From: Octopus vulgaris
Lineage: Eukaryota
NCBI GenBank assembly: GCA_951406725.2
Contig: OX597819.1
Coordinates: 74,400,001-74,464,000 of the forward strand
DNA length: 64,000 nucleotides
Direction of reading: 5' to 3'
This document shows positions 12,457 to 26,438 of this stretch, piece after piece (position 1 is the first letter of the stretch; each line of letters starts with the position of its first letter). A program made the translations under genes and the position numbers. The notes below the pieces were generated by a model. The model had not been told where the DNA came from, did not search any database, and saw only the letters and a list, made by a program, of their open reading frames with translations.

Positions 12457-12513
12457 GTATATATAAAAATTAAAAATTGTATAATATAGCAGCATTTTCG
12501 AACTTCATTTTTT

Positions 12514-12568
<55 letters not shown>

Positions 12569-15227
12569 TACATACATACATACACACACCAACCTACCTA
12601 TCTACAAAATCTGCCTATCTACCAGCCTAGCTACCTACCTGTCTATCTTTCTACCTATTTAGCCATCCATCTTCTCTCTCTCTCTCTCTTCCCTTTATTT
12701 TCTCTCTTACTTCTGTCTTCCTTTCTCTCTCTCTTTCTCTCTCTCCCTCTCTCTCTTACTCTTCTCTCGATGTCTTTTTTCTGTGCTTTACTTTCCCTCT
12801 CACTCTCTCATTGTCTTCTTTACTCTGTCTTCTCTTTCTTCTTCAATATTTTCACTTTCTTTCACTCTCTCTCACACTCCCTCTTCTTTTCCTCTTAAAT
12901 TTCTCTTCTGTTTTCTTTCGTATTTTCTTTTTCTTTTTCTTTAACCTTGACAGTTCTCTCCGTCCTTCAAATCAAATGACTTCACCCATGCAAGCAATGT
13001 GTACGTGCAACGACCCTAAATACACACGGCATACAACCAAACATACATATATACATGCACAAATACATATATACATACATACATCGCAAAATGTTGAAAG
13101 ACCGCGGCTGGATCTGAACTCAGGGAGCCGGAACGTTTACTGCAAAGCAATCTACCCACTCCATTAATTTACCGCGCGCGCGCACACATAAACGTATATG
13201 TGTGTGTGTATTTATGTGTTTTTGGTGTGTGTGTGTGTGTGTGCGTGTATGTGTGTGTGTGTGTGCGTGTGTGTGTCTATGCTTGTGTGTATCTACGTAT
13301 ATATTTGTGTGAATGCATGTATAAATACATACACGTACATACACACACATAAAATATTTAAATTGCTGACTCATACAGATGTATATTTGTTTCATTCATA
13401 TGGGAGACCGTCGAAAAAATAGTTAAATGCTGACGCCAGCTTCTGCTATATACCTACACATTTACCTAAATAGTTTCATATACAAATTTATAATTAGATA
13501 TATCTGTAACAGATATTGATTTCCGCTAGTCTATTCCCTTAATATATGATTTGGGGACGTCTATTAAAAGGTATATATATTGTTCTGCAAGTCTACATTC
13601 GGTTCGTTTTCGCTGTATTTTCGTGTTTAGACTGCGTTATATAATTTCAAGCAACTCATCTTTTGGTCTATGTTCGTTAACTGATCTATATGTTTGAAAC
13701 TCTACCTTTCTTATTCCTTGGCTTGTTATCATTTTCCATATTATGCGTCGGTGTTTTAATAAAGCTAACTCAATATTCCACCGAGGTCGACTTCGCCTTT
13801 TATCCTTTCGGGGTCGATAAATTAAGTGCCAGTTGCGTAGTGGGATCGATCTAATCGATTGGTCCCTTCCCCCAAAATTTCGGGTCTTGTGCCTAGAGTA
13901 GAAAAGCATACAGCTTACTCAATATTTTCGGTTTGCTAATTCTATTTTCTATAGTTTTTAAGGTTGTAATGTCCATTCCTGGGAGATATTTCTTTGCTTT
14001 ATAGACACTACTTTTAATTTCTAGGTTTGTAGTCACAAGTTAACCCGATTGTGTGCATATTCGATTTTGGTACTTGTAGTAAAAAGCAGGTGTTGATAGA
14101 ATGGACATGTTCCGCTAATATTTCGCTTCTACTATTTGTTTATTGATTTTCAGACAGCGTCAATATTTTCAACGCTGCTGACTCAGCCGGATTGAATGGT
14201 ACAGCCAGGTGTCAAAAACAACTCAATTTTCCCACCTCAAGTATATATACTATTGCTTTTAATGCTAAAGTCACGACCTCATCTCAACTTGTAACCTAAT
14301 AGTACTAAGTAATACTTTTTACAAAGTAATTGAAATGCAATTTCCTGCCACTTCGACTCGCGAATTTTATAGCATACCTATCATTTAACGCAAGGTTATA
14401 CTCCTTAACTTCTGACTTAAGACGCTTCGTCATCTCGTTTATCTTTCTAATACATTCCAGTGACAAACTGGTTGCTGATATATATACATACATACATATA
14501 TATGTAGTGGATTTTGCAAGCATGAAGTGGATTCGATCCACCATAGCCAAATTTAAATCAACACTGCAACAGAACTTTTCCCACGGTGGAACAATGGTTT
14601 TTCTGTGACAGCAGTTTTACATTTTCCAGATGCCTTTAGCTAGGCCGAAATAATGTCTTCACCACTTGACCCTTTCTAACCTCTTCTACTTCACCAAAAG
14701 CTAGAACAGAGATAACAAGTCCACCAACTAAATCTATTGTTCTCAATGATATATCTATCCTTCTGGATAGTTATATAAGCAAACATACCCCAAGCAAAAA
14801 TCAGTTAGTCACAGTCGGTGACGACTCAACGAGGTCTGGCTGACCAGCCTTAGTCAGAGGGAGAAAAGAAGTTTGCTGTAAGCAACTGTGGGACAACGTC
14901 CCACACCCTACACATTTCACTAGCTTTAATTCTGTTCTCTTACAACATCACCCAATCCCTCTCAGTATTTACTACTAAACAATGAAGAGGATACAAACAC
15001 AAACTTGACTTCAAAGCTTTTGGATTTATCATAACCTGCCCGTCGAGGCAAGGTATAGTAACGTAACGGTAAATAAATATTTTCTTAAAACTTTGTGCAT
15101 TGTTCATCTTTCACATCCTACAGTATGCAATTATAATAACATAAATTTTATCGTCACAACTGTTGACTCCGACATTTCATATTGTTTATAAATCAATTTC
15201 TACCGTTACATATATGTGTCTGTGCGT

Positions 15228-15279
<52 letters not shown>

Positions 15280-16799
15280 ATGTATGTATGTATGTATGTA
15301 TGTATGTATGTATGCGTGTATGTCACTGACATTGGTCGAAACTAAGATAAATAGAACACCTGGGTGTTTTCCAGAAAATAGATAACATGAAAACTAGGTT
15401 AAAATTACTTGCACGTATTTCCCAGGTATTCTTTATTGACGTGTTTTAGGTTACAAATGAAACTTGAAAAATGTTCTCACTAATCGGCAAGATGCCAACC
15501 AAAGTCTTGCACTTGAAGCAATCAAAATAACAAAAATAACGGAAAAACGTTCCTGCCAGCTGAGTGCGGTGTTACTGCTCGGTGTTCCATTTTTCTGTGT
15601 GAAATAAGGGACATAAGCGATGCTGACATTATTTTAGCTGACATTAAAACGGTGAGCCGACAGAATCGTTGTTAGGCCTGGCGAAATGCTTAGTAGTATT
15701 TCATCTGCCGAAATTCCGCCGAGGTCGACTTTGCCTTTCATCCTTTCGGAGTCGATTAAATAAGTACCAGTTACACACTGGGGTAGATATAATCGACTTA
15801 ATCCATGTGTCTGTCCTTGTTTGTCCCCTCTGTGTTTAGCCCCTTGTGGGTAGTAAAGAAATAGGTATTTCATCTGCCGTTACGTTCTGAGTTCGGGGTC
15901 GATAAAATAGATACCAGTTGAACGCTGGCGTTGATGTAATTGACTTATCCCCTTACCGGTAATTGCTGGCCTTGTGCTAAAATTTGAAACCGATATTATG
16001 AGCGTCAAGGAAGATTTGTAAAGGTTAGGTACGGCATAAAGAGTGTTAAAACACTCCCTTTGTGTATGAACCTTCTCTGGCTTTTTTTGCTTTTTTTCTT
16101 TTTTGCTTTTTTTTTGACAGTGAAAGATATCTCTGGTGTATGAATAAATCTCGCTCTAACCAGTTGTGACACAATACACGGGAACATCGCTGGAGGAAGA
16201 AAATATTCAGCATTTTACAAATTTTCCACAAAGGCCGTTTAAAGTTTTCCCGAAGAGTATTGATGTTCTAGCTTTATATTTTTTCTGCATTATTTACAAA
16301 TTTGAACATTACAATTGTCAATTAAGTATTGATATCTTGGTTTCAAATTTTGACACAAGGCCAGCAATTTTGGGTGGCAGCTGTAAATCGATGACATCGA
16401 TCCCAGTACTCCACTGGTACTTATCTTATCGACCTGGAAACAAAGAAAGGTAAAGTCGACCTTGGCAAAATTTGAACTCAACGTAACGACAGACGAAGTG
16501 CCGCTCAGCATTTTACCCGGTGAGCTAACGATTGTGCCATCTTGCCACCTTCATAATTACTGATATTTAGAAACAAGACAACAATTAGAATCTCCTTTAT
16601 TTTATCTTTCGAATTGATTGCTAATTCGTGGATTTGATTGTTTAAGCGGTTGTTTGTCTCTAATAACGTTTCGATTCCTCCGTGCCCACCATCACTTGTT
16701 AATTATCGATCTCCCAACTTACGTTTCAGTGCGAGAGAATGTGTATTAGGGTCTTTTTTTTTTACATAGGAGTGGTTGTGTGGTAAGAAGCTTTCTTCT

Positions 16800-18155
16800 G
16801 CGCATGCATCGTTTCCAGTGTTTTTCTTTGCACCGCTAGGAGTCACGATGCCGTACACCAACGTCGTGAATTATTGAACAAGTGAAGCACAACTACAAGG
16901 TAAGACATTTGTTTTGGGGGGATTCAGTGGGGGTTTATTGCTCGTGTTTATTTATTTTGTCGAACAAGAGATCTCCACTGAGTTCCGGGCAAATTGTCTA
17001 CCGGTAGTTGTGTTTAAAGTCTCACTTAGCGGTGAGAAGTGTGTTTTGGAGGCGTATCCCTCCTCCTATAATTGTGCTTATGTTTTTACCAATTTTTGGT
17101 GAAATTGCTGTGTGACTGTTTTGCCCCCTGGATTACCAAGTGGATGACCGAATTGACCAGGAGTACCAGGACAGCCAGAAGAATAGTTTGCTGTGTTTTT
17201 GAACTGTTTCTTGTCTTCTTCCTTCCTTTCTGCATTTTTGTTTTTTGTTGTTGTTTTTAACTCTATGAACATATGTTTTCTGTGAACTTTTTTTCCCAAA
17301 AACATGGCAAGAAAGATAAACAATTCTACGTTGGAGTGGGAGATTGTCCCACCCAAACAGTGAATGAATGACTTTGAGGGGAGAACGGTGGTGTTAAGGA
17401 CTTACTCGAAGTCGCTCGACACCATCGCCCTCTTTAAAAAGACACAAATCGAAAAAGAGTTGACAGAGTATTTGCCAACTATTAAATTCATCTCCAGAGG
17501 GGTCAAATATGCTACGGCGGGGTTGCTATTTGACACCCTTGAGGAGACTCGCAAATTTGCGAGCCAGCCCTTTGAGGGCAAAGAGATTTTGTTTCTTCCC
17601 ACGTATGGTGGGACGAAATTGACAAGAGCTTGGGTCTGCGGGCTGCCACCCGGGATATAACCCGAGTGGATAGAGGATACTATCCGCCGGGGTCTGGGTG
17701 GCAGCGGATCCAAGATGCTTAATGTTAAAATTTTGCCGGCGGCTGATTGGGTTGGGTCAAAAGCTGTTTTAACCTTTGGACCCAATCAGTCAAGAACCTG
17801 GTTTTCCAGATTTTTTTTAAATGGCCAGTTGCAGGTACCCGTTGATACTTGAGGGACGCCCCCCACCCACCCAAGTGTCACCTGTGCCTGGAACCAGGTC
17901 ACATTAAAATGAACTCTCCCCAGGATCAGAGTAGGGTCCTGGAACAGTTGGCTGTGGAAGAGCTCCTCCTCTTCCTCCGGAGGGAGAGATGGAGGTAGTC
18001 AAGGAGGTAGAGACCTCCTCGAAAAAGAAGGGGTAAAAAAGGAAGAAGGTGGGAAACAACGGTTTCTCACCGAAGGGCCCCAAAGCTGCGGGAGGGAGGG
18101 ATGATCCTCCGGTTAAAGCGGAGGAACCACCCCCTCCCGTATCAAAGACGAGAAA
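16800..18155 (+). mobile_element. 5' UTR plus disrupted ORF1 (gag-like, zinc knuckle) of an L1/Tx1-like LINE, inside a split family-B SINE
   Basis: RTVVLRTYS...FISRG...LPTYGG...VCGLPPGI*PEWI...LEGRPP...CHLCLEPGH, with stops and frameshifts. SINE head at 16768-16800, SINE remainder from 18155. Confidence 0.6.
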
Positions 18156-18196
18156 AGCCTTGTGAGTGGATTCGGTGGACGGAAACTGAAAGACGT

Positions 18197-18240
<44 letters not shown>

Positions 18241-18475
18241 TGTGTTTGTGTTTGTTCCCCTCCCTCACCGTCACTTGATAATTGATGCTTGTGTGTTTAA
18301 GTCCTGGGGGTCGATGTCTTCGACTAACACCCTTTAAGACGGTGCTCCAACAAGTAAAAAGAACTTTTTAAAATGTCGTCCAAGGTCAAGCTGTAGCAAA
18401 AAATGAGAAGACTAAAAATGACGTTCACTGTGTCATTTCCATTCTTGTATTTTCTGTATCTTTTCTTCTCTCTAC

Positions 18476-18557
<82 letters not shown>

Positions 18558-19821
18558 ACTTCTCTCTCTCTCTCTCTCTCTCTCCACTCACTATCATACA
18601 TTCACTCTCTGCCATTTCAGTAAATTCTCTCACGGTTGACTAATATCGAATCCCCTATCTGAAAACCGGCATTTGAGCTTAACTTTACGTGGCTTTTCTC
18701 ATATCCCGTTTCAGTTCAGTGATTTTATCTAACTATATTCAAGTTATTCTTGTCTATATGATCTATCTTTCCGCATCACTTCACAGCACGAAATATTTCC
18801 AGCTGCTTACACTACAATTAAACCATTGTTTAATTCTACTTGTTGATTTTATCAAATAACTTTCATCAGTTGGCTTCGGCCTCACCCGATTTATACCAAT
18901 TGGCGAAATCGGAAGAGTGTCGGGGGAAAAAAAAAAACGCTTTAAGGCATCCGTTATCTTTTTATTCTGAGTTAAAATCCTGTCGGAGTTATCTTTTCTT
19001 TTTCTCCATTAGGGGTCGATAAAATAAAGTACCTGTGAATTATTGAGACCAGTGGTATTGACTAATCCCTACCCTTAAAATTAGTGGGCATATGCAAAAA
19101 TCAGAAACCGTAATATTTTTTTCGGGGTCGATAAAATACGTATCAGTCGGACAATGGGGGGATCTTTTCTATTTTGAGGCCAGTTTTTTCAAATTTTTCC
19201 TACTGAACCAAACAATTTGAAACTTCGTATACTGGTAGAATGTGTCAAAAGTAAACTTAATTGTAAACCAGAATGAAAACGGAATTGTAACTTCTAAGTT
19301 TAACGTTGTTTAATAATTAGAATTTTAACCAATGATATTCCGTCATTCGGCTTTATTTTATTTACTACGTCTCGACCACCAATTTCGTGACGTATTTAAC
19401 ATCTTAAATGTAAACAAGTCAGCCACCTTCTAATAACAATATTTAAAACTAGTTAATAAGCCACATGTATTAAATTGAAAATGTTTCCATTCTGTATGTC
19501 TGCATGTATGTGTGTGTGTATGTATGTGTGTGTGTGTGTATGTATGTGTGTGTGTGTATGTATGTATAGCCGATTCATCGTAATCGTAATTACGATGAAT
19601 TGGCCATACATACATAGATACATACACACACACACATACATGCAGACATACATATACACATACACCGAGTAAAAATTTCAGTTATCTCTCTCTTTCACAC
19701 ATTACTCTCTCTGTCTCTTCACACACACTAACGGAAGCACTTCACTTACACAACATACTGTCTCCCACACCCCATCAAACACACACACACACACACATGT
19801 ACATCAATGCTTCCCCTAGAC

Positions 19822-20010
19822 CAGGGGTGGGCAAACTACGGCCCGCGGGCCGCATGCGGCCCGCCATAGGTTTTCATGCGGCCCGCCGAGAGCTTTTATG
19901 AATCCCAACTTCTATGCAGATACTTCGTAACTGTACGGTAATTCACAATATTTTCACTTGATTTTTATAAATGAGGCCCGCCAAGGTTCAAAAAAGTTTG
20001 CCCACCCCTG
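19822..20010. mobile_element. hAT (Charlie-type) MITE
   Basis: Perfect 16-bp TIR CAGGGGTGGGCAAACT and perfect 8-bp TSD CCCTAGAC (19814-19821 and 20011-20018). Confidence 0.95.
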
Positions 20011-20456
20011 CCCTAGACGGTAACTTCAAAGACAAACTTCCCTCGTCATAAAATCGCTTCCTCTTAGTCTCTTTCGCTCTCATTACTTATTTAAAAAAAT
20101 AAAAGTATTTCGTCTGCCGTGTTTGTTTACAGTTTTCCCAACGTTAGTACGTCACAAAAGCGCTTTCTACGTCACACTAATAGAATGCAGTCAAGTTTTA
20201 CACATGAAAACAAACAATCTGATTGGTTAAAATTCGCAGTTTTAATCTACGATTAAAGTCATAAAATAGATTTTTCTCAAATAAACTAGTTCCAACCTGT
20301 GTCTTGTTTTGCTAGACTCTATCAGCATACGAAGTTTCAGATTATTTAGTTAAGTAGAAAGATCTGTGGTCCTGGCTTCAGAATAGAAAAGATCCCAATG
20401 GGGTCCGATGCCACCGAAATTTCTCCTCCAACTTTGTGGCGACAGCAGAAAGAATT

Positions 20457-20491
<35 letters not shown>

Positions 20492-20499
20492 TATTATTA

Positions 20500-21153
<654 letters not shown>

Positions 21154-21172
21154 TATTATCATTATCATCATC

Positions 21173-21246
<74 letters not shown>

Positions 21247-21491
21247 CATTAAGGCGGCGCGAGCTGGCAGAATCGTTAACACACAGGACGAAATGCTTAG
21301 CGGAATTTCGCCTGTCGCTACATTCTGAGTTCAAATTCCGCCGAGGTCGACTTTGATTTTTGTCCTTTCGGGCGGTGGGGGGGGTCAATAAATTAAGTAC
21401 CAGTAAAACACTGGGGTCGATGTAATCGACTAGACCCCTTCCCCACAAATTTGAGGCCTTGTGCCTCCAGTAGAAAGGATTATTGTTGTTG

Positions 21492-21550
<59 letters not shown>

Positions 21551-22272
21551 GGCGCAGTGCATGCCATCAAAGTTACACTGGTGTACAAATATACGAAACC
21601 GAATATACCCATCATGATTACCCGTCTCATGAGAGCACACCAGGTACATGTATCACAATCATATGTGCGTGATATGGGGATCTCATATCAAGATAAATAG
21701 CGCATGACCTTGCAGGTGGGGCCCAGTTAGAATTTTCTTCAGGTCGTGCTGCCTATCCCTCTCAAAAGGTCGAAACACCCATGTTTCCGGAGGTGAATTA
21801 TTCAAACCCCAAAGAATTCCCCTCAACGCATGGTTATGATGCTCCCCCACTACTTCTTCTCGTGATCAGAGACACACATATCGTCAGCCACTAAGGGACA
21901 TGCTCTACTGGTTTAAGGTCGTAGTATTGAGCAGAATATATGCTGTAGCCCGTGTTATCATCATCATCATCATTATTAATTAGCAGTCGAGCACTGAAGT
22001 CAAGATAATCGATTTACACACTACCTGTGAACTGCTGGCCAAAGTTCAGGATTGTCGTTGTGGTTAATATTTTTGTTCCTACTTCGTGGGAACCTGTGAT
22101 AAATGGCGTATCAGTTGTGAACATCCTGTCTTTCCTTTCAGGCGGAGTCTATATAAGATTACATTGGACATTATGCTTCTCTTGTTTTGTTTAAGATCGT
22201 ACCACCTAGCCATACATACATACATACATACATACATACATACATACATACATACATACATACATACATACA

Positions 22273-22304
<32 letters not shown>

Positions 22305-22309
22305 AACTT

Positions 22310-24684
22310 AGATAAACTTAGATATGTTTCGACCAAAGATTGGTCCAGGCCATGTCTAACTTAATAGCACCACCTGATAGGATTATGCGAATCCTGTTTA
22401 AGGCAAGTTTTGTTCAAGTAGTGAGTTCTTGTTGGGTGAGTTGTATCCAATTATGGGTGGCTTGTCTGATATTCTTTGAAGGAATCTATCCAGACTCCGT
22501 TTAAAGTTGATGGGATCCTTTTCCTCTTTGATCTCCTTCGGGACAATGTTAAATAGGGCAGGGCCTGTTGAGGAAAAGAAATTATGTTGCAGTGTACATG
22601 TATGTTGTGATCTTGAACTGGGCAGGGGTCGTATGGCCCGTGGTCCCAGTCTTGGATGAACCTTGAAGCTAATGTTAAGGTCGTTTGGGCAAAGTTGGCG
22701 GTATATTCTCCACATCGTACAAATGATGTACCGCTCACGGCGACGCTGGAGGGAGTAAAGTTTCAAGACTTTAAGGCGATCCCAATAATCGAGCGCGGCC
22801 ATGCCTTCAATTCGTTTAGTGAGTGCCCTCTGGGGAGACTCAATTCTGGAGATGTTTCGTCTTGTATGGGGAGACCACAGTGGGCAGCAGTATTCAAGGT
22901 GTGGCCGTACAAGGGAGGAAAAAAGTGGTATGATGACACCTTGTTCTCTGGACCGGAAAGTTCTTAAGATCCAGGAACTCATCCTACGAGCTATATCGAC
23001 CTTCTTGTTGATGTGTGCACTCCAACTGAGATCGTCATCAACAATTACACCCAGGTCTCTGATATTGTTAGAGGCTGTGAGCGGTTCCCCTGAAGGAAGA
23101 GAGTATGGTTGTTTTAGTGAGGAATTTCTTCCAAAATGCATCAGCTCAAATTTTCCCTCATTCAGTTGCATTTTGTTTCTGTCCGCCCATTGACTCACGG
23201 CATATAGATCAGACTGGAGTTGAGCTCGGTCTGCTTCTTCATTGACGATTTGCTGGAGCTTAGTGTCATCAGCAAATATTTTCACTTTGCAGTAATGTAC
23301 GACACTGGAAAGGTCGTTTATGTAAATTATGAAGAGTAGCGGACCCAAAACAGTCCCCTGGGGAACACCGCTGGTGACTTTTGCTGGGTTTGAGTGGACT
23401 CCATCAACTACAACATGTTGTGTTCTATTCGCCAGGAAATACTTAATCCAGTGTAGAACTTTTCCCCGGATTCCAACATTTGCCAATTTTGAGAGTAGGA
23501 TATTATGGTCTACCCTGTCGAACGCTTTACTGAAGTCAATATATATGACGTCAGAGTTCGAACCTGTTCCCAAGGCTTTGAGTACATCTTCAATGTGGTG
23601 TAAGAGCTGTGTTAGACAGTCCCTGCCACAGCGAAAGCCAAGCTGATTTGCATTTAGGAGTTTGTGGGTCTCCAGGAAGTCAGCTATCCTTGATCTTAAC
23701 ACTCTTTCAAACACTTTAATGATGTGGGAGGTGAGTGAGATTGGGCGATAGTTGACTGCGAGGGATCTGTTTCCCTGTTTGAAAACCGGGATGACCAACT
23801 GGGATAGAAACTGTTTCGGTATATAACCTGCGTCTAACGAATTTCTCCAGAGGTTGGTCAGAGGGACTGCAAGTTGGTGTCTACATTCCTTCAGGAGACT
23901 AGCGGGGAATCTATCAGGGCCTACAGCAGAGTAATATTCGACCTCATTTATTGCTGCTACGATGTCAGTGGCAGTGAAGGTGATGTCTGAGATTTTATGT
24001 TGGGAGTCAACTTCGTTCGTTTCTCTTACGTCAATATCAGTGGGAACACTAAAGACAGAGCAGTATTGTTTCTGCAGTATTTCTGCCATTTCTTTAGCAT
24101 CGTGTTGGGAAATGCCGTTATCATCAATCAATGGCCCAATGGGTGAGACAGTGGTTCTATGCTTATTTGCATAAGAATAGAACACTTTTGGGTTCTGTTT
24201 GATGTTTTTGATTACCCACTGTTCCTCCTCAGCTCTTTGATTTTCAATGGAGGTTTTCATGTTGGTCTGCAGATGAAGTTTTTCCATCTCTAGTCTTTTC
24301 ATTGTTGTTGAATGTGGATGTTGTGTGTGGGAATATTTCAATTGGTTGATTTTTTTGTTGAGTCTTTTGATGCGCCTGATGAGTGTTTTTTTTTCTTTTT
24401 AGGGAGCCGGTTTCTGTTTGTGTTAGTAGATTTCGTGGGAGCGTGTTTAGAGCATGTATAGGTGACAATGTTTTCAAAGTGCTGCCACGCGGTCTCAATA
24501 TGAGAGGAATTGAGAGTAAAAGACCAGTCGATGGAAGACAGATACTTTCTGATTGCTCCCCAGTTCGCTTTGGGGAAGTTTATGTTGTCAAATGGGTGCC
24601 ATGGAGTGGGATTGGCTGGTTTGGTTTTTATATGTCGGGAATTAAAATTGCAGAGTACCATGTCGTGGTCTGAGAGGAGAGTTT

Positions 24685-24686
<2 letters not shown>
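22310..24686 (-). mobile_element. 5'-truncated CR1-like LINE
   Basis: Starts at the APE C-terminal SDH motif (LLSDHDMV), has frameshifts near 24340-24400, carries the RT ORF, and ends with a 3' tail of tandem ATCTAAGTTT. Confidence 0.92.
22398..24341 (-). CDS. non-LTR reverse transcriptase (CR1-like ORF2 portion, 647 open codons, no native start)
   Basis: NYRPISLTS, YIDFSKAFDRVDH, SGVPQGTVLGPLLF, IFADD, DLGV, VRPHLEYC, SLQRRRERY. Confidence 0.9.
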   Translation of the reverse strand: MKYSHTQHPHSTTMKRLEMEKLHLQTNMKTSIENQRAEEEQWVIKNIKQNPKVFYSYANKHRTTVSPIGPLIDDNGISQHDAKEMAEILQKQYCSVFSVPTDIDVRETNEVDSQHKISDITFTATDIVAAINEVEYYSAVGPDRFPASLLKECRHQLAVPLTNLWRNSLDAGYIPKQFLSQLVIPVFKQGNRSLAVNYRPISLTSHIIKVFERVLRSRIADFLETHKLLNANQLGFRCGRDCLTQLLHHIEDVLKALGTGSNSDVIYIDFSKAFDRVDHNILLSKLANVGIRGKVLHWIKYFLANRTQHVVVDGVHSNPAKVTSGVPQGTVLGPLLFIIYINDLSSVVHYCKVKIFADDTKLQQIVNEEADRAQLQSDLYAVSQWADRNKMQLNEGKFELMHFGRNSSLKQPYSLPSGEPLTASNNIRDLGVIVDDDLSWSAHINKKVDIARRMSSWILRTFRSREQGVIIPLFSSLVRPHLEYCCPLWSPHTRRNISRIESPQRALTKRIEGMAALDYWDRLKVLKLYSLQRRRERYIICTMWRIYRQLCPNDLNISFKVHPRLGPRAIRPLPSSRSQHTCTLQHNFFSSTGPALFNIVPKEIKEEKDPINFKRSLDRFLQRISDKPPIIGYNSPNKNSLLEQNLP

Positions 24687-24721
<35 letters not shown>

Positions 24722-24741
24722 ATGTATATATATATATATAT

Positions 24742-26301
24742 AACGGGAAGTTTTATGAAAATAGACAAAAGACGAAGGCAGGTGGAAAACAAACGAACAA
24801 TTGTATTAGTATGGCGCTCAGGAAATATAAATAAAACAAGTCTTTAACGTTTCGAGCCTACGCTCTTCAACAGAAAGATACACAGAGAGAAAAAAAAACA
24901 CAGAAAGAAGGAGAGAAAAAAAATGCGTGCAGTAGCTAACGAATCAACATGGCGATCTGATTTCGGCCAGAGGTCAAAGATCAAACATGAGACGCGAGAG
25001 CGAAATAAGGGGAGATAATAGGGTTGAAGGACCAGCTAATAGTGCGTAGGAGGGGTCTGGACGTGTGTATGTATAGGGTTGGTGTATGTATTAGTATGTA
25101 TAAGGGTGTGTGTGTGTGTGTGTGTGTATGAGAGAGTATTAGTGCGTAGGATTGGCCTGGACGTGCGTATGTATGGGGTTGGTGTATGTATTAGTATGTA
25201 TTAGTATGTATTAGTACGTATTAGTATGTATAAGTGTGTGTGTGTGTGTATGAGAGAGTATAAGTGCGTATGAGGGGTCTGGACGTGTGTATGTATAGGG
25301 TTGGTGTATGTATTAGTATGTATTAGTACGTATTAGTATGTATTAGTTGGTGTATGTATTAGTATGGCACATCATATATGATGTGATGTGTAAAGTCGTG
25401 TGGTGTAGTGAGGAGAAGAGGGGGAGGGGGAGAAGAGGCGGGGAGAAGAGGCGGGAGAAGAGGGGGAGAAGGGGAGGGGAAGAAGGGGAGGGGAAGAAGG
25501 GGAGGGGAATAAGAGGGGGAGGAGAGGAGGGGGGAGAGAGAGGAGGGGGAGGAAGGAAGGGGAGGAGGGGGAGGAAGGAGGAAAGAGGGAGAGGGGGAGA
25601 GAGAAGGGGAGAGAGGGAGTGAGGGAGCAGAGGGAAGGGGAAGAGGGAAGGAGGGAGGGAGAAAGAGGGAAGAAGGGAAGGGGAGTAGGGGTGAAAGGAT
25701 GAAGGACTGAAGAAGTAGGGGTCGGGGGGAAAGGATAGGTGAGGAGGGGGAGAGGGGGGTTAGATGAGGAGGGGGAGTTGAGACCAAATGGCGTATAAGA
25801 GCGAAGAGAGAAGATTAATTCCTGTTCACGGCGCAAACGGGAATCCGGATGGCCTCTGTGTAAGGACAAACCGAACACAGATAGGTGTTGCAAGGAGTGA
25901 CCGGTGGAGCGGAAATGGCGTGAGACCGGTGTGTCGTTCGCAAGGTGGATGTCACGAAGGTGTTCCGCGAACCGGTCAGCCAAGCGGCGTCCCGTTTGTC
26001 CGATGTACAAGGAATTGCAGAGAGAGCAAGAGATGCAATAGATAATATTGCTGGAGGTGCAGGTGAAGGAGTGGATGATGAGATAGGGTCGATGGTGGGT
26101 GCTAGTGAGGCGGGTGGTGTGGAGGAAGTGCGGCAACGTATGTTGGGAGGTAGGGTCAGGGAAGGAGCTATGGGTGGTCTCGAAGGTTGTGGGCTCGTTT
26201 GAAAGAGGGGAGGGGTCGGTTAGGGAAGAGGTGTGAAGTGGACTCGGACTTGACGGAAAGCTCGAAGAATGGTGCGTTGGAGATGTAGGGTCGTGGGGTG
26301 G
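24742..26301 (-). mobile_element. 5'-truncated Penelope-like element (Neptune-like GIY-YIG) with 3' repeat region and hammerhead
   Basis: FTCTSSNIIYCISCSLCNSLYIGQTGRRLADRFAEHLRDI...VSRHF...RREQELIFSLRSYTPFGLN, then a purine/pyrimidine tract at 25410-25780 and tandem repeats at 25038-25370. Confidence 0.88.
24841..24878 (-). ncRNA. minimal hammerhead motif, CUGUUGA core, zero-loop stem III
   Basis: TCTTT-CTGTTGA-a-GAGC-gtag-GCTC-GAAAC-GTT-AAAGA. Degenerate relatives at 34949-34984(+) and 56789-56824(+). Confidence 0.6.
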
Positions 26302-26355
26302 TATATGTCGGGAATTAAAATTGCAGAGACTACCATGTCGTGGTCTGAGAGGAGA

Positions 26356-26438
<83 letters not shown>

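Noticed and set aside
25372-25787. Pro/Ser/Leu-rich extension as a real protein domain
   Set aside because: It is read-through into a pyrimidine-only low-complexity tract after the GIY-YIG GLN terminus.
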